Source of the DNA: an uncultured Christensenellaceae bacterium
GTDB taxonomy: Bacteria; Bacillota; Clostridia; Christensenellales; CAG-1252
Assembly: GCA_964368645.1 (NCBI GenBank)
Contig: CAYJBY010000011.1
Coordinates: 19,239 to 83,238, forward strand
DNA: 64,000 nt
Direction: 5' to 3'
Part shown: piece after piece, positions 9,506-17,958 of the stretch
How the letters are laid out: each line of letters begins with the position of its first letter
How positions within the stretch are numbered: the first letter of the stretch is position 1
Position numbers and translations under genes: made by a program
The notes under the pieces: model-generated
The model's database searches: none
Told to the model about the DNA's origin: nothing
The model's input: the letters and a program-made list of their open reading frames with translations, nothing else

Positions 9506-9543
9506 GCGCGTGATAGCTTTATCCGCTTATGAGTTTACAAGGT

Positions 9544-10512
9544 TTAGCTTACGAATTTCTTTATGACCTTAGAAAGTCTTTTATAGACCAAAAAGGTGAT
9601 TATTCCCGTAACGGCGCACCGCAAAATGTTAAAGGGTATTACCGAAAGCAACAGGTAATAGGTGTAGAAGTTGGAGCCGTTGATTTTCGGAAAAAGGGTA
9701 GAGCAGGCGGCGGCGATAAGCTCGATGTCACCACCGAAAAACACCTTTACGAAAAGGGGTACCAACATAAATCTGTTGGACAGAACGGAAACCGCTATAG
9801 AGCATACCACACCGACAAGCAATCCGATAAGGGCGGATTTTTTATCTTTGTTTTTTTTGTAAATCAAGGACGCAGGAACAACCAGCGCAAGCCCCAATAT
9901 AATATCAGCCGCTTCGCCTACGAACATAGTGCCCGATAGGGGCATTTTCAGCAAACACTTGATGATAATAACTGCCGAACCGCTAATCGGACCGAACATA
10001 AAACCGACTAATACAGCGGGTAATTCGGAAATCTGGAAATCCAGCCAAGATGGGAATATCGTGGGCATTTTGCAGTACTGTCCAAGATAGTACAGTAAAA
10101 ACGAAATCGCAGAAAAAACAGCGATAACGATAAGTTTTTTTGTGCCGCTAACAGCCTTTTTACGTCTAATTGCGACTGAGTGCGCTTGCTCCGTGGCACT
10201 TATAAGCGATTTTTCATCGTCTGAGGATTGCTCCGTATCGGTTAGAGATACGGCATTGACTTCCGCGTCAGGTGAGGAAGCGGCGTTAGAAACCTGCTCC
10301 TCGTTTACCGAGCTATCTTCAATCACGCTATCGTCGGCGGAAGTAAGCTTATCGCTAGCAGCAGTCGAATATTCGTCGGTGCCGTGTGAGCAAAAAGCAT
10401 TGTCGCAAGAGTCTGTGACTTCCTCGGAAAAAGCGTTGTTAAGAGTATTATCTTGTAATCCGTTGCAATCGTTTGAGCCGCAATGCGCGGTAAAATCTTC
10501 CTTAAAATCCAT
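9544..10512 (-). CDS. ribU: ECF S-component, riboflavin transporter RibU-like, with long acidic N-terminal extension
   Basis: AVFSAISFLL...WLDFQISELPAVLVGFMFGP...IPFNILR; downstream of an FMN riboswitch; start moved to ATG 10512 with SD GAGGTG. Confidence 0.85.
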   Translation of the reverse strand: MDFKEDFTAHCGSNDCNGLQDNTLNNAFSEEVTDSCDNAFCSHGTDEYSTAASDKLTSADDSVIEDSSVNEEQVSNAASSPDAEVNAVSLTDTEQSSDDEKSLISATEQAHSVAIRRKKAVSGTKKLIVIAVFSAISFLLYYLGQYCKMPTIFPSWLDFQISELPAVLVGFMFGPISGSAVIIIKCLLKMPLSGTMFVGEAADIILGLALVVPASLIYKKNKDKKSALIGLLVGVVCSIAVSVLSNRFMLVPLFVKVFFGGDIELIAAACSTLFPKINGSNFYTYYLLLSVIPFNILRCAVTGIITFLVYKRLSKVIKKFVS

Positions 10513-10537
10513 TCTTACACCTCGATACGAGGGGCTT

Positions 10538-10646
10538 ATATCTTTTCTCATCCAGACTATACTGTCGGTACGGGAATTACACCCGTTCAGCTTGCGCTCG
10601 CGGACTATACCGCCGGTGGAGAATTGCACTCCGCCCCAAAGAATGA
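10538..10646 (-). ncRNA. FMN riboswitch (RFN element)
   Basis: Minus strand TCTTTGGGGCGGAGTGCAATTCTCCACCGGCGGTATAGTCCGCGAG...GGGTGTAATTCCCGTACCGACAGTATAGTCTGGATGAGAAAAGA matches the RFN consensus; SD-sequestering hairpin CCTCG-TAT-CGAGG 10520-10532; promoter TTGTCA-18-TATAAT 10651-10680. Confidence 0.95.
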
Positions 10647-10698
10647 GGATATTATAGCATAAGCGATTCGGGAATGACAACGGTTTTATATAATTCGT

Positions 10699-10727
10699 TT
10701 GCTATAAACCCAAAAAAGTAATATAAT
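10699..10727 (+). promoter_or_regulatory. Sigma-A promoter of tsaE, leaderless geometry
   Basis: TTGCTA(10699-10704)-17-TATAAT(10722-10727); ATG 10734 after 6 nt. Confidence 0.65.
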
Positions 10728-10733
10728 TTGGAT

Positions 10734-11150
10734 ATGGAATACGTAGTTCATAGCAGTGAAGCGACAATAGCTCTGGGAGAACGGCTGGGCAAGGCACTGG
10801 TCGGCGGAGAAACAATACTATTATCGGGTGATTTAGGCGCAGGCAAAACCACCTTTACCAAGGGCATAGCCCGTGGACTTACCGTATCCGATATTATCAC
10901 AAGTCCGACCTTTACCATTCTCAACGAGTATGACGGACGAATCAAACTCTTTCATTTCGATATGTACAGACTGGACAAAAACGGCGATGAGGAATTGGGC
11001 TTTGAGGAGTATTATAACCGCAAGGATTCCGTCTGCGTTATAGAGTGGAACGTGTCGGATTATCCCTTTGACAAGGTTATTAAGGTTGATTTGAAGTATA
11101 TAAGCGAAGATAGCAGGAGCATAACGATAGATGAGATTATTAGCCATTGA
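10734..11150 (+). CDS. tsaE: t6A biosynthesis ATPase TsaE
   Basis: GDLGAGKTTF, SPTFTI, HFDMYRL, VIEW. Confidence 0.95.
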   Translation: MEYVVHSSEATIALGERLGKALVGGETILLSGDLGAGKTTFTKGIARGLTVSDIITSPTFTILNEYDGRIKLFHFDMYRLDKNGDEELGFEEYYNRKDSVCVIEWNVSDYPFDKVIKVDLKYISEDSRSITIDEIISH

Positions 11151-11706
11151 CACCACTGAGGATTTAAGAGTAGCCGCTATGGGCGACGGCGTTTATTATG
11201 AGAGAGAGGAGGGCGGTAAGGCCATAACCTCCGCTCGAATTATCCCTGCGATAGAACGTGCGCTTGCCGCTGTCAAGGTTGATAAAACCGCTTTAGACGC
11301 GATAGGCTGTGTGGTTGGTCCCGGTTCCTTTACGGGAATACGTATAGGCGTTTCGGTACTTAATGCGATAGCTTACGCGCTCAATATTCCTCTTGTGCCT
11401 ATAACCTCTTTCGAACTTATGGCGGAATGGACGGATAAGGACGCGCTTTTCCTTGTGAACGCAGGACACGGCGAATACTACGGTGCGCAGTGCATTAACG
11501 GCGTAATTACAGACGAACGCGATTATACTCAAGCCGAAAGAGATAATTATAAGGGTGAGGTTATTACCTTTGGCGAGAATACTTCCGAGCGTTTGCTGGG
11601 AGCAACCGAAAAACTGCTTTCTCGCGGCAAAACCCCCATCTTTTTGGAGCCTTATTATATGAAAAAATCACAAGCGGAGAGAATGGCGGACAATGACAAG
11701 CTTTAG
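11131..11706 (+). CDS. tsaB: t6A biosynthesis protein TsaB
   Basis: LAIDT, GPGSFTGIRIG, LEPYYMKKSQAE. Confidence 0.93.
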   Translation: MRLLAIDTTEDLRVAAMGDGVYYEREEGGKAITSARIIPAIERALAAVKVDKTALDAIGCVVGPGSFTGIRIGVSVLNAIAYALNIPLVPITSFELMAEWTDKDALFLVNAGHGEYYGAQCINGVITDERDYTQAERDNYKGEVITFGENTSERLLGATEKLLSRGKTPIFLEPYYMKKSQAERMADNDKL

Positions 11707-12136
11707 ACAGGCAACGCCCGAGGACGCACAGCTTCTCACCGATATGGAGAACGTCTGTTTCCACGATCCGTGGAATTTTAATATGGTCTTTTCCGAGTTG
11801 CTTGAGCCTGCGTCCACCTACTGGATTTTGTTGGACGACGAGGGCACACCGTCGGGTTACGTTGGCTATTATCACGTTTTGGACGAGATGCATATAATGA
11901 ATGTAGCGGTTATGCCCGACAAACGCCGCCGCGGATACGGAAGCCTGATAATCAAAAGGCTTTTAACCGAGGCTTACGCAAACAAAATCAACGCCGTTAC
12001 CTTGGAAGTCAGAAGCGGTAACGTCGGTGCGCGGAAGCTTTACGAAAAATTCGGCTTCGTTTGCGCGGGCATTAGACCGCACTATTATATGGACGGCGAG
12101 GACGCCGCTATATACTGGTTAAGGCTCGGAGGGTAA
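11693..12136 (+). CDS. rimI: Ribosomal protein N-acetyltransferase RimI
   Basis: GNAT motifs NVAV..RRRGYG, LEVRSGN, LYEKFGF, RPHYY..GEDA. Confidence 0.92.
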   Translation: MTSFRQATPEDAQLLTDMENVCFHDPWNFNMVFSELLEPASTYWILLDDEGTPSGYVGYYHVLDEMHIMNVAVMPDKRRRGYGSLIIKRLLTEAYANKINAVTLEVRSGNVGARKLYEKFGFVCAGIRPHYYMDGEDAAIYWLRLGG

Positions 12137-12140
12137 CAAA

Positions 12141-12842
12141 ACGCTTAATTACACTGTTAAAGGAGAGGGAGCTTGTATCCTTTTCTTACACGGTTGGGGA
12201 GGAGATAGTAACAGCTTTACGCAGATTGCGAGGCTTCTATCTCCTTTTTTTTGCTGTGTTTGCGTAGATATGTACGGATTTGGGCTTTCCCAGTCGCCCT
12301 GCTACCCCTTGACCGTTGACGACTATGCAGAGGGAGTCGAGGAAGTTTTACGAAATCTGAACGTCACCGACGTATTGGTTGTCGGTCATTCTTTCGGAGG
12401 AAGAGTGGCGTTAAAACTGGCAAAAAAAAGCAATAGAACGTCAGGACTAATCTTAACGGACAGCGCAGGGCTAAAGCCCAGACGCAAGCTAAAGTATTAC
12501 ATAAGTGTAATATTATATAAGATTAATAAGGCGTTTGGACGTTCAAACGCAAAAGCGGGTTCTACTGATTATCAAAACCTTATCGGCGTGATGAAAAAGA
12601 CCTTTGTCAACGTGGTGAACGAGGAGCTTTCCGCTTGTGCAAAAGCCGTGAATGTTCCGACTCTTTTGATATGGGGCAGTGAGGATAAGGAAACGCCGAT
12701 TTATATGTATAAGAGATTTCTCAAGCTGATAGACGGGGCAAAAGGGATAGTTTACGAGGGGTGCGGACATTTTCCGTATGCGGAAAAACCTAAAAGGTTT
12801 GCGGACGACGTGTATGCTTTTGCATCGGAGGTGTTAGCTTGA
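12141..12842 (+). CDS. Alpha/beta hydrolase; apparent ACG start
   Basis: Frame upstream of ATG 12270 encodes TLNYTVKGEGACILFLHGWGG (oxyanion motif); GHSFGG nucleophile, WGSED, CGHF; SD GGAGG 12128-12132. Confidence 0.8.
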   Translation, partial: TLNYTVKGEGACILFLHGWGGDSNSFTQIARLLSPFFCCVCVDMYGFGLSQSPCYPLTVDDYAEGVEEVLRNLNVTDVLVVGHSFGGRVALKLAKKSNRTSGLILTDSAGLKPRRKLKYYISVILYKINKAFGRSNAKAGSTDYQNLIGVMKKTFVNVVNEELSACAKAVNVPTLLIWGSEDKETPIYMYKRFLKLIDGAKGIVYEGCGHFPYAEKPKRFADDVYAFASEVLA

Positions 12843-14350
12843 CAATAGCTGTTTTTCTGATATTGCTTACGGAAAGTTTTTTCGGCGCATATTATTATTT
12901 GGCGTTATTGCAAAAAAACGGATACAGAATCGGTGAGTGTTTTTCCAAATCCTCTGTTTTAATTACCGTTGACGCGCTGTCTATGGTTGCAAGTCTTGTG
13001 ATTTTAGTACCGTCGTTGTTTTTCGGTTCGCTGGCAAAGACGATTTGCGCGGTATGCGCTTGGTTGCCGACGATTATTGCGGTAATCGTCAAGAACGCGC
13101 GGTTCGGCTCCTTGACTCTTGTCTTTACAAAAAGAGTCTTTAGGCTTATAGCCGCGTTTTTCGCCGTTGTAACCCTTTGTTATATACCTGCTTTCGTAGT
13201 GCCGTCCGTGGCGTATTTCGGTTCGTTATACGCTTGCTGTGCAGTTTGTTTTTTCTTCGCCGCGGCTTGCGTTATGCGCCCCGTAGAGGAGTATATCAAC
13301 TCACGTTACATAAAAACAGCGGCTGAAAAGCTGAATAACCCCAACCTTATAAAAATTGCGGTTGCAGGCAGTTGCGGCAAGACAACGGTTAAGAATATTC
13401 TGTTTCAAATGCTGTCAAAAAAATATAGCTGTTACGTCACGCCGTCTAATTACAACACGCCGTTGGGTATCTCCAAGGCTGTTACGGCAATGCCCGAAAA
13501 CACTCAAGTATTTATCGCGGAAACGGGAGCAAGATACGAGGGGGATATTGAGGAGCTTATGCAACTCGTTAAGCCCGATTACAGCATTTTGACGTGCATA
13601 TTACCGCAACACCTTGAAACCTTTAAGGATATGAAAACTTTAACCGCCGAAAAACTGAAAGTAACGCAAGGGGTTAAGCAGTGTTTCGTCAACGATAATA
13701 TCAACAATTTCGAGCAGGAAATTCCTGACAACGTAAGACTGTTGGGAAAGGATTTCAACGTGGAGGAAACAAAAGCGAACGCTAACGGCTTGACGTTCAT
13801 ATATAGCGGTAAGGGTGAGGAGATTATGTTTGAAACACAGCTCCTCGGTAGTCATAACGCCATTAATATCGCCTTGGCTGCATCGCTTGCGTTGGAATTG
13901 GACGTTACGCCTGCGTTGCTTGCCGAGTCCGTTGCGGAACTCAAGCCTCTTCCGCACCGATTGCAACTCAGTCGAAACGATAAGAACGTAAGGATAATCG
14001 ACGACAGCTATAATATTTCCATAGGTAGTGCGATGTGTGCGCTTAACGCCTTGTCGTTGTTCGACGGACGAAAAGCGGTTTCGGTTTACGGCATAGTGGA
14101 GGGCGGTACCGCCGAAACGATACTCAACGAAACGCTGGGCGAGATGATAGGCGGAGTGGCTGATTTGGTTTTTATTACAGGGAATAAATACGCCCAATCT
14201 ATAACAAACGGCATAAAGCAAAGCGGACGGGAGTGCGAAATACTGTATGCAAAGAACATGGAAGAGTGTAAAAAGCTTTACGGTATGGAACTGCTTAAGG
14301 GCGATACACTTTTAATCCTTGCCGACCTGCCGCCACAGTATTGTATATAA
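12839..14350 (+). CDS. murF: MurF-like Mur ligase with N-terminal multi-TM domain
   Basis: About 150 aa hydrophobic N-terminus, then VAGSCGKTT, NYNTPLG, HLETF, HRLQ, IIDDSYN; TTG start. Confidence 0.78.
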   Translation: MTIAVFLILLTESFFGAYYYLALLQKNGYRIGECFSKSSVLITVDALSMVASLVILVPSLFFGSLAKTICAVCAWLPTIIAVIVKNARFGSLTLVFTKRVFRLIAAFFAVVTLCYIPAFVVPSVAYFGSLYACCAVCFFFAAACVMRPVEEYINSRYIKTAAEKLNNPNLIKIAVAGSCGKTTVKNILFQMLSKKYSCYVTPSNYNTPLGISKAVTAMPENTQVFIAETGARYEGDIEELMQLVKPDYSILTCILPQHLETFKDMKTLTAEKLKVTQGVKQCFVNDNINNFEQEIPDNVRLLGKDFNVEETKANANGLTFIYSGKGEEIMFETQLLGSHNAINIALAASLALELDVTPALLAESVAELKPLPHRLQLSRNDKNVRIIDDSYNISIGSAMCALNALSLFDGRKAVSVYGIVEGGTAETILNETLGEMIGGVADLVFITGNKYAQSITNGIKQSGRECEILYAKNMEECKKLYGMELLKGDTLLILADLPPQYCI

Positions 14351-14366
14351 AATCACGGGGGTTTTT

Positions 14367-15428
14367 ATGAAAAACGTAGCAATTTTTTACGGCGGAAGGA
14401 GTTTTGAACACGACATATCCATAATAACCGCTATTCAGATAATGAATAATGCGGATAAAACATTCAACTTAATACCCGTATATATGAAAAACGGCGAAAT
14501 GACCGTACCCATTAAGCCTAAGCTTTTCGGTACATATATTGCCGCAGACGTTAAAGGTAAAAAGGCTGTGTTTTGCAAAAACGGACTGAAAATCGGCTTG
14601 AAAAGTGTGAAAATCGACGTTGCGCTGATTGCTTGTCACGGCGGAGAGGGTGAGGACGGAACCTTGGTTTCTCTGCTTGAGTATTACGGTATCCGTTACA
14701 CGACCGCTAAAGCGGAGTCTATGGCTCTGTGTATGAACAAGTATCTGTTCAAGCAATACCTAAAAGGAAAAGGGCTTGAGGCTGTCGATGGGGTGTTGGC
14801 GGAAAAGGGCAACCCTCTCCCGACAATTGCTAAGTATCCCGTTATAGTTAAGCCCAACCGTCTTGGCAGCAGTATCGGCGTATCGGTGGCAAAGGATAGC
14901 GTAGAATTAGAAAGCGCATTGAAAATCGCCTTTGAGTTTGACGAAGAAGTTTTGATTGAGGAACTGTTAAACGCTCCCTTGGAGTTAAGCTGTGCGTCCT
15001 TTTTCGACGGCAAAAACGTGGTGTTGAGCTGTATTGAAAAAGAAGTGAAAACCGACGCTTTTTTCACCTTTGAGGAAAAATACGTCAACGAAACCTCCGC
15101 AAAGGAGTATCCTGCCGTAATCGACAAGGAATTGGAAGAAAGAATATCCGAGCTAACCTCAAAACTGACTCTCGACCTGAAACTATACGGCATTACGAGA
15201 ACGGATTTTTTGTATCTGCCGCAGGAAGACAGACTCTACGTCAATGAAATCAACACAATTCCCGGTTCGCTTGGGTATTATCTGTTTATGAGCAAGGGGA
15301 TTTCTTTCCGTAAACTGTTGACGATGCTGATATTATCTTGCGAATCAAGGAGCTACGGTTCCTCCTGTTCATATTATGACAGCGGAGTTTTGTCTAACTA
15401 CACTACGGGCGGAAAATTGACGAAATAG
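14367..15428 (+). CDS. ddl: D-alanine--D-alanine ligase family protein
   Basis: YGGRSFEHDIS, HGGEGEDG, VKPNRLGSSIG, FEEKY, NEINTIPG. Confidence 0.9.
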   Translation: MKNVAIFYGGRSFEHDISIITAIQIMNNADKTFNLIPVYMKNGEMTVPIKPKLFGTYIAADVKGKKAVFCKNGLKIGLKSVKIDVALIACHGGEGEDGTLVSLLEYYGIRYTTAKAESMALCMNKYLFKQYLKGKGLEAVDGVLAEKGNPLPTIAKYPVIVKPNRLGSSIGVSVAKDSVELESALKIAFEFDEEVLIEELLNAPLELSCASFFDGKNVVLSCIEKEVKTDAFFTFEEKYVNETSAKEYPAVIDKELEERISELTSKLTLDLKLYGITRTDFLYLPQEDRLYVNEINTIPGSLGYYLFMSKGISFRKLLTMLILSCESRSYGSSCSYYDSGVLSNYTTGGKLTK

Positions 15429-15513
15429 ACGCCGTAACTTTCCGCTGTCCAACTAATTGGTTGCGCTAATCGTCAAAAGGTTGTATAATAAGCCAAAAAT
15501 AAGGAAGAGGCTT

Positions 15514-16086
15514 ATGAACAGTTTTTTTGCATATATAGCACGTACCAAGTATATAGCGCGTTGGGCATTGATGCGCAATACCACCACCGAGAATATCGCC
15601 GAACACTCAATGATGACCGCGGCGATTGCCCATTGCCTTGCGCTTATCGCCAACAAAAGGTTCGGGTTACAGCTTAATGCCGAGGCAATAGCGGTAAAAG
15701 CGTTATACCACGATTGCAGTGAGGTTATAACAGGGGATATGCCTACTCCTGTAAAATACAACAACGAGGACATTAACAAGGCGTATAAGACCTTGGAGCT
15801 TGCGGCGGAAAATAGTCTGCTTTTGACCTTGCCGGAGGACTTAAGAGCGGATTACGAACAATCCTTTAGACTTGAAAACGGTACAAGAGAACAGCAGATA
15901 GTCAAGGCGGCGGATAAGCTTTCCGCTTTTGCCAAGTGTGAGGAGGAGCTAAGCTCGGGTAATAAGGAGTTTTTGCCTGCAAGAGATGCGACGCTCAAGT
16001 CTATTAAGGCGATGGGTTTACCCGAGGTTGACGCGTTTCTGGATATGTTCGGCGATTCCTTTGGGAAAACCTTGGACGAGCTTTAA
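15514..16086 (+). CDS. yfbR: 5'-deoxynucleotidase, YfbR-like HD domain
   Basis: RWALMRN...ENIAEHS, LYHDCSEVITGDMPTPVKY, KAADKL; promoter TTGCGC-17-TATAAT 15461-15489 and SD. Confidence 0.9.
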   Translation: MNSFFAYIARTKYIARWALMRNTTTENIAEHSMMTAAIAHCLALIANKRFGLQLNAEAIAVKALYHDCSEVITGDMPTPVKYNNEDINKAYKTLELAAENSLLLTLPEDLRADYEQSFRLENGTREQQIVKAADKLSAFAKCEEELSSGNKEFLPARDATLKSIKAMGLPEVDAFLDMFGDSFGKTLDEL

Positions 16087-16266
16087 TTCATAATTGCTAC
16101 TAAGTAGCGTACGGTGCGCAGAACGGATAATCTTATGTGACTTATCGTGCATCGATGACGTTAATTGATAGGTACAATCCGATAACGCATATAGCCGATA
16201 ATCGAAAAACTATATATATCTAATAATCGTTAAGCGGAATATCTGATGGATATAAAAAGAATATGT

Positions 16267-16296
16267 CAAAAAAGGACGGCTAATCCGTCCTTTTTG
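16267..16296. terminator. Bidirectional intrinsic terminator
   Basis: AAAAAAGGACGG-CTAAT-CCGTCCTTTTT between convergent yfbR and icd. Confidence 0.85.
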
Positions 16297-16450
16297 TATC
16301 GGTAATAACTGCACTGACCGTTGACTTAGTTGCAGGAAGTGGTATTCTGCACAGTCTAATTCGATTTAGATATTCAAAGCATCAAGTGTTTTTGTATTAG
16401 ACAAGTTTTCTTATTCTGTGTTTACCGTGTTTTAGTAGTATAATTTTTTA

Positions 16451-16476
16451 TAAAGGGGCGGAAAACCGCCCCCTTA
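16451..16476 (-). terminator. GC-rich hairpin downstream of icd
   Basis: AAGGGGCGG-AAAA-CCGCCCC. Confidence 0.65.
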
Positions 16477-16533
16477 TCTGTTGTTATTGATTAGATTGTA
16501 TCGAAATATAGATGCTAGCCGCTGTAATTGCTA

Positions 16534-17733
16534 TTACAGATTGGCGGCTATAGCCTCTAGGAATGACTTGCTGTCAACCTTGTGAGGAGTTACGCCCTCA
16601 AGTGAGAACATAGAAACGAGATCGCCCGTGACGGTTCCCTGTTCGATGGTTTTGACGGTAGCCTTTTCCAGTCTGTCCGCGAAATCCGAAAGCTCCTTGA
16701 TACCGTCCAGCTCGCCGCGCTTACGTAACGCGCCCGTCCAAGCGAAGATTGTAGCTACGGAGTTGGTAGAGGTTTCCTCACCCTTAAGGTACTTGTAGTA
16801 GTGTCTGGTAACGGTGCCGTGCGCCGCCTCATACTCGTATTTGCCGTCGGGAGAAACCAAAACCGAGGTCATCATTGCAAGCGAGCCGAAAGCCGTGGCT
16901 ACCATATCGCTCATAACGTCGCCGTCATAGTTCTTGCAAGCCCAGATAAAGCCGCCGTTGCTTCTGATGACTCTTGCCACCGCGTCGTCGATAAGTGTGT
17001 AAAAATATTCAATGCCGCACTGTGCAAACTGCGCCTTGAACTCAGCCTCGAAAACCTCTGCGAAAATATCCTTGAAACGGTGGTCGTAAATCTTGCTGAT
17101 AGTGTCCTTGGTTGAGAACCAAATATCCATTTTTTTGTCCAAAGCGTAACGGAAACAGCACCGCGCGTAATTGCGGATACTATCGTCCACGTTATGCGTA
17201 CCCTGAATAATACCGTCCTTTTTGAAGTCAAATATCAGCTTGCTTTCCGTTTTGTCGGGATAAGTAACGGTCAGCTCCGCTTTGCCGCCCTTTTTAACCT
17301 GCATTTCCACGCCCTTATATACGTCTCCGTATGCGTGTCTTGCAATGATAATAGGCTGTTTCCAGTTAGGGATAATGGGGGAAATACACTTCACCATTAT
17401 AGGCTCACGGAAAATCGTACCGTCCAAAATAGCTCTAACAGTGCCGTTGGGGCTTTTCCACATTTCCGTAAGATTATATTCGGTAACTCTCTGCGCATTG
17501 GGCGTAATGGTTGCGCATTTAACGCCAACGCCGTACTTTTTGATGGCGTTTGCACTGTCAACCGTAACCTGATCGCGTGTTGCCTCGCGGTTGACGAGAG
17601 AAAGATCGTAATAATCTGTTTTCAAATCCACGTAAGGAGTAATCAGTATATCCTTAATCCACTGCCAAAGCACACGAGTCATCTCGTCGCCGTCTAATTC
17701 CACAAGGGGAGTAACCATTTTAATTTTGTCCAT
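16534..17733 (-). CDS. icd: NADP-dependent isocitrate dehydrogenase (IDH1-type subfamily)
   Basis: LDGDEMTR, KCATITP, WKSPNGT, RHAYGDVY, NYDGDV, EAAHGTVTRHY. Confidence 0.97.
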   Translation of the reverse strand: MDKIKMVTPLVELDGDEMTRVLWQWIKDILITPYVDLKTDYYDLSLVNREATRDQVTVDSANAIKKYGVGVKCATITPNAQRVTEYNLTEMWKSPNGTVRAILDGTIFREPIMVKCISPIIPNWKQPIIIARHAYGDVYKGVEMQVKKGGKAELTVTYPDKTESKLIFDFKKDGIIQGTHNVDDSIRNYARCCFRYALDKKMDIWFSTKDTISKIYDHRFKDIFAEVFEAEFKAQFAQCGIEYFYTLIDDAVARVIRSNGGFIWACKNYDGDVMSDMVATAFGSLAMMTSVLVSPDGKYEYEAAHGTVTRHYYKYLKGEETSTNSVATIFAWTGALRKRGELDGIKELSDFADRLEKATVKTIEQGTVTGDLVSMFSLEGVTPHKVDSKSFLEAIAANL

Positions 17734-17958
17734 AAGTCACCTACCGTAAAAAAACTGTTATTAGAATAACACACGCGCGGTCTTTCTGTCTAGCAATAAT
17801 TCCGTTCAAAAAACCGAAGGAATAAAAAAAGCGTCGAAACGCACTGCTTTTTATCTGTATAAAAGTTAATTAACAGATAGACGGTCAAATGCGTTCCAAC
17901 GCTGAATTAATACCACGTTTGATACAATTAATCGGTTGAAAATCCTTGCGGAATTGAG

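Noticed and set aside
10513-10680. ORF-track N-terminal extension of ribU
   Set aside because: It runs through the FMN riboswitch and promoter; the SD-backed ATG is at 10512.
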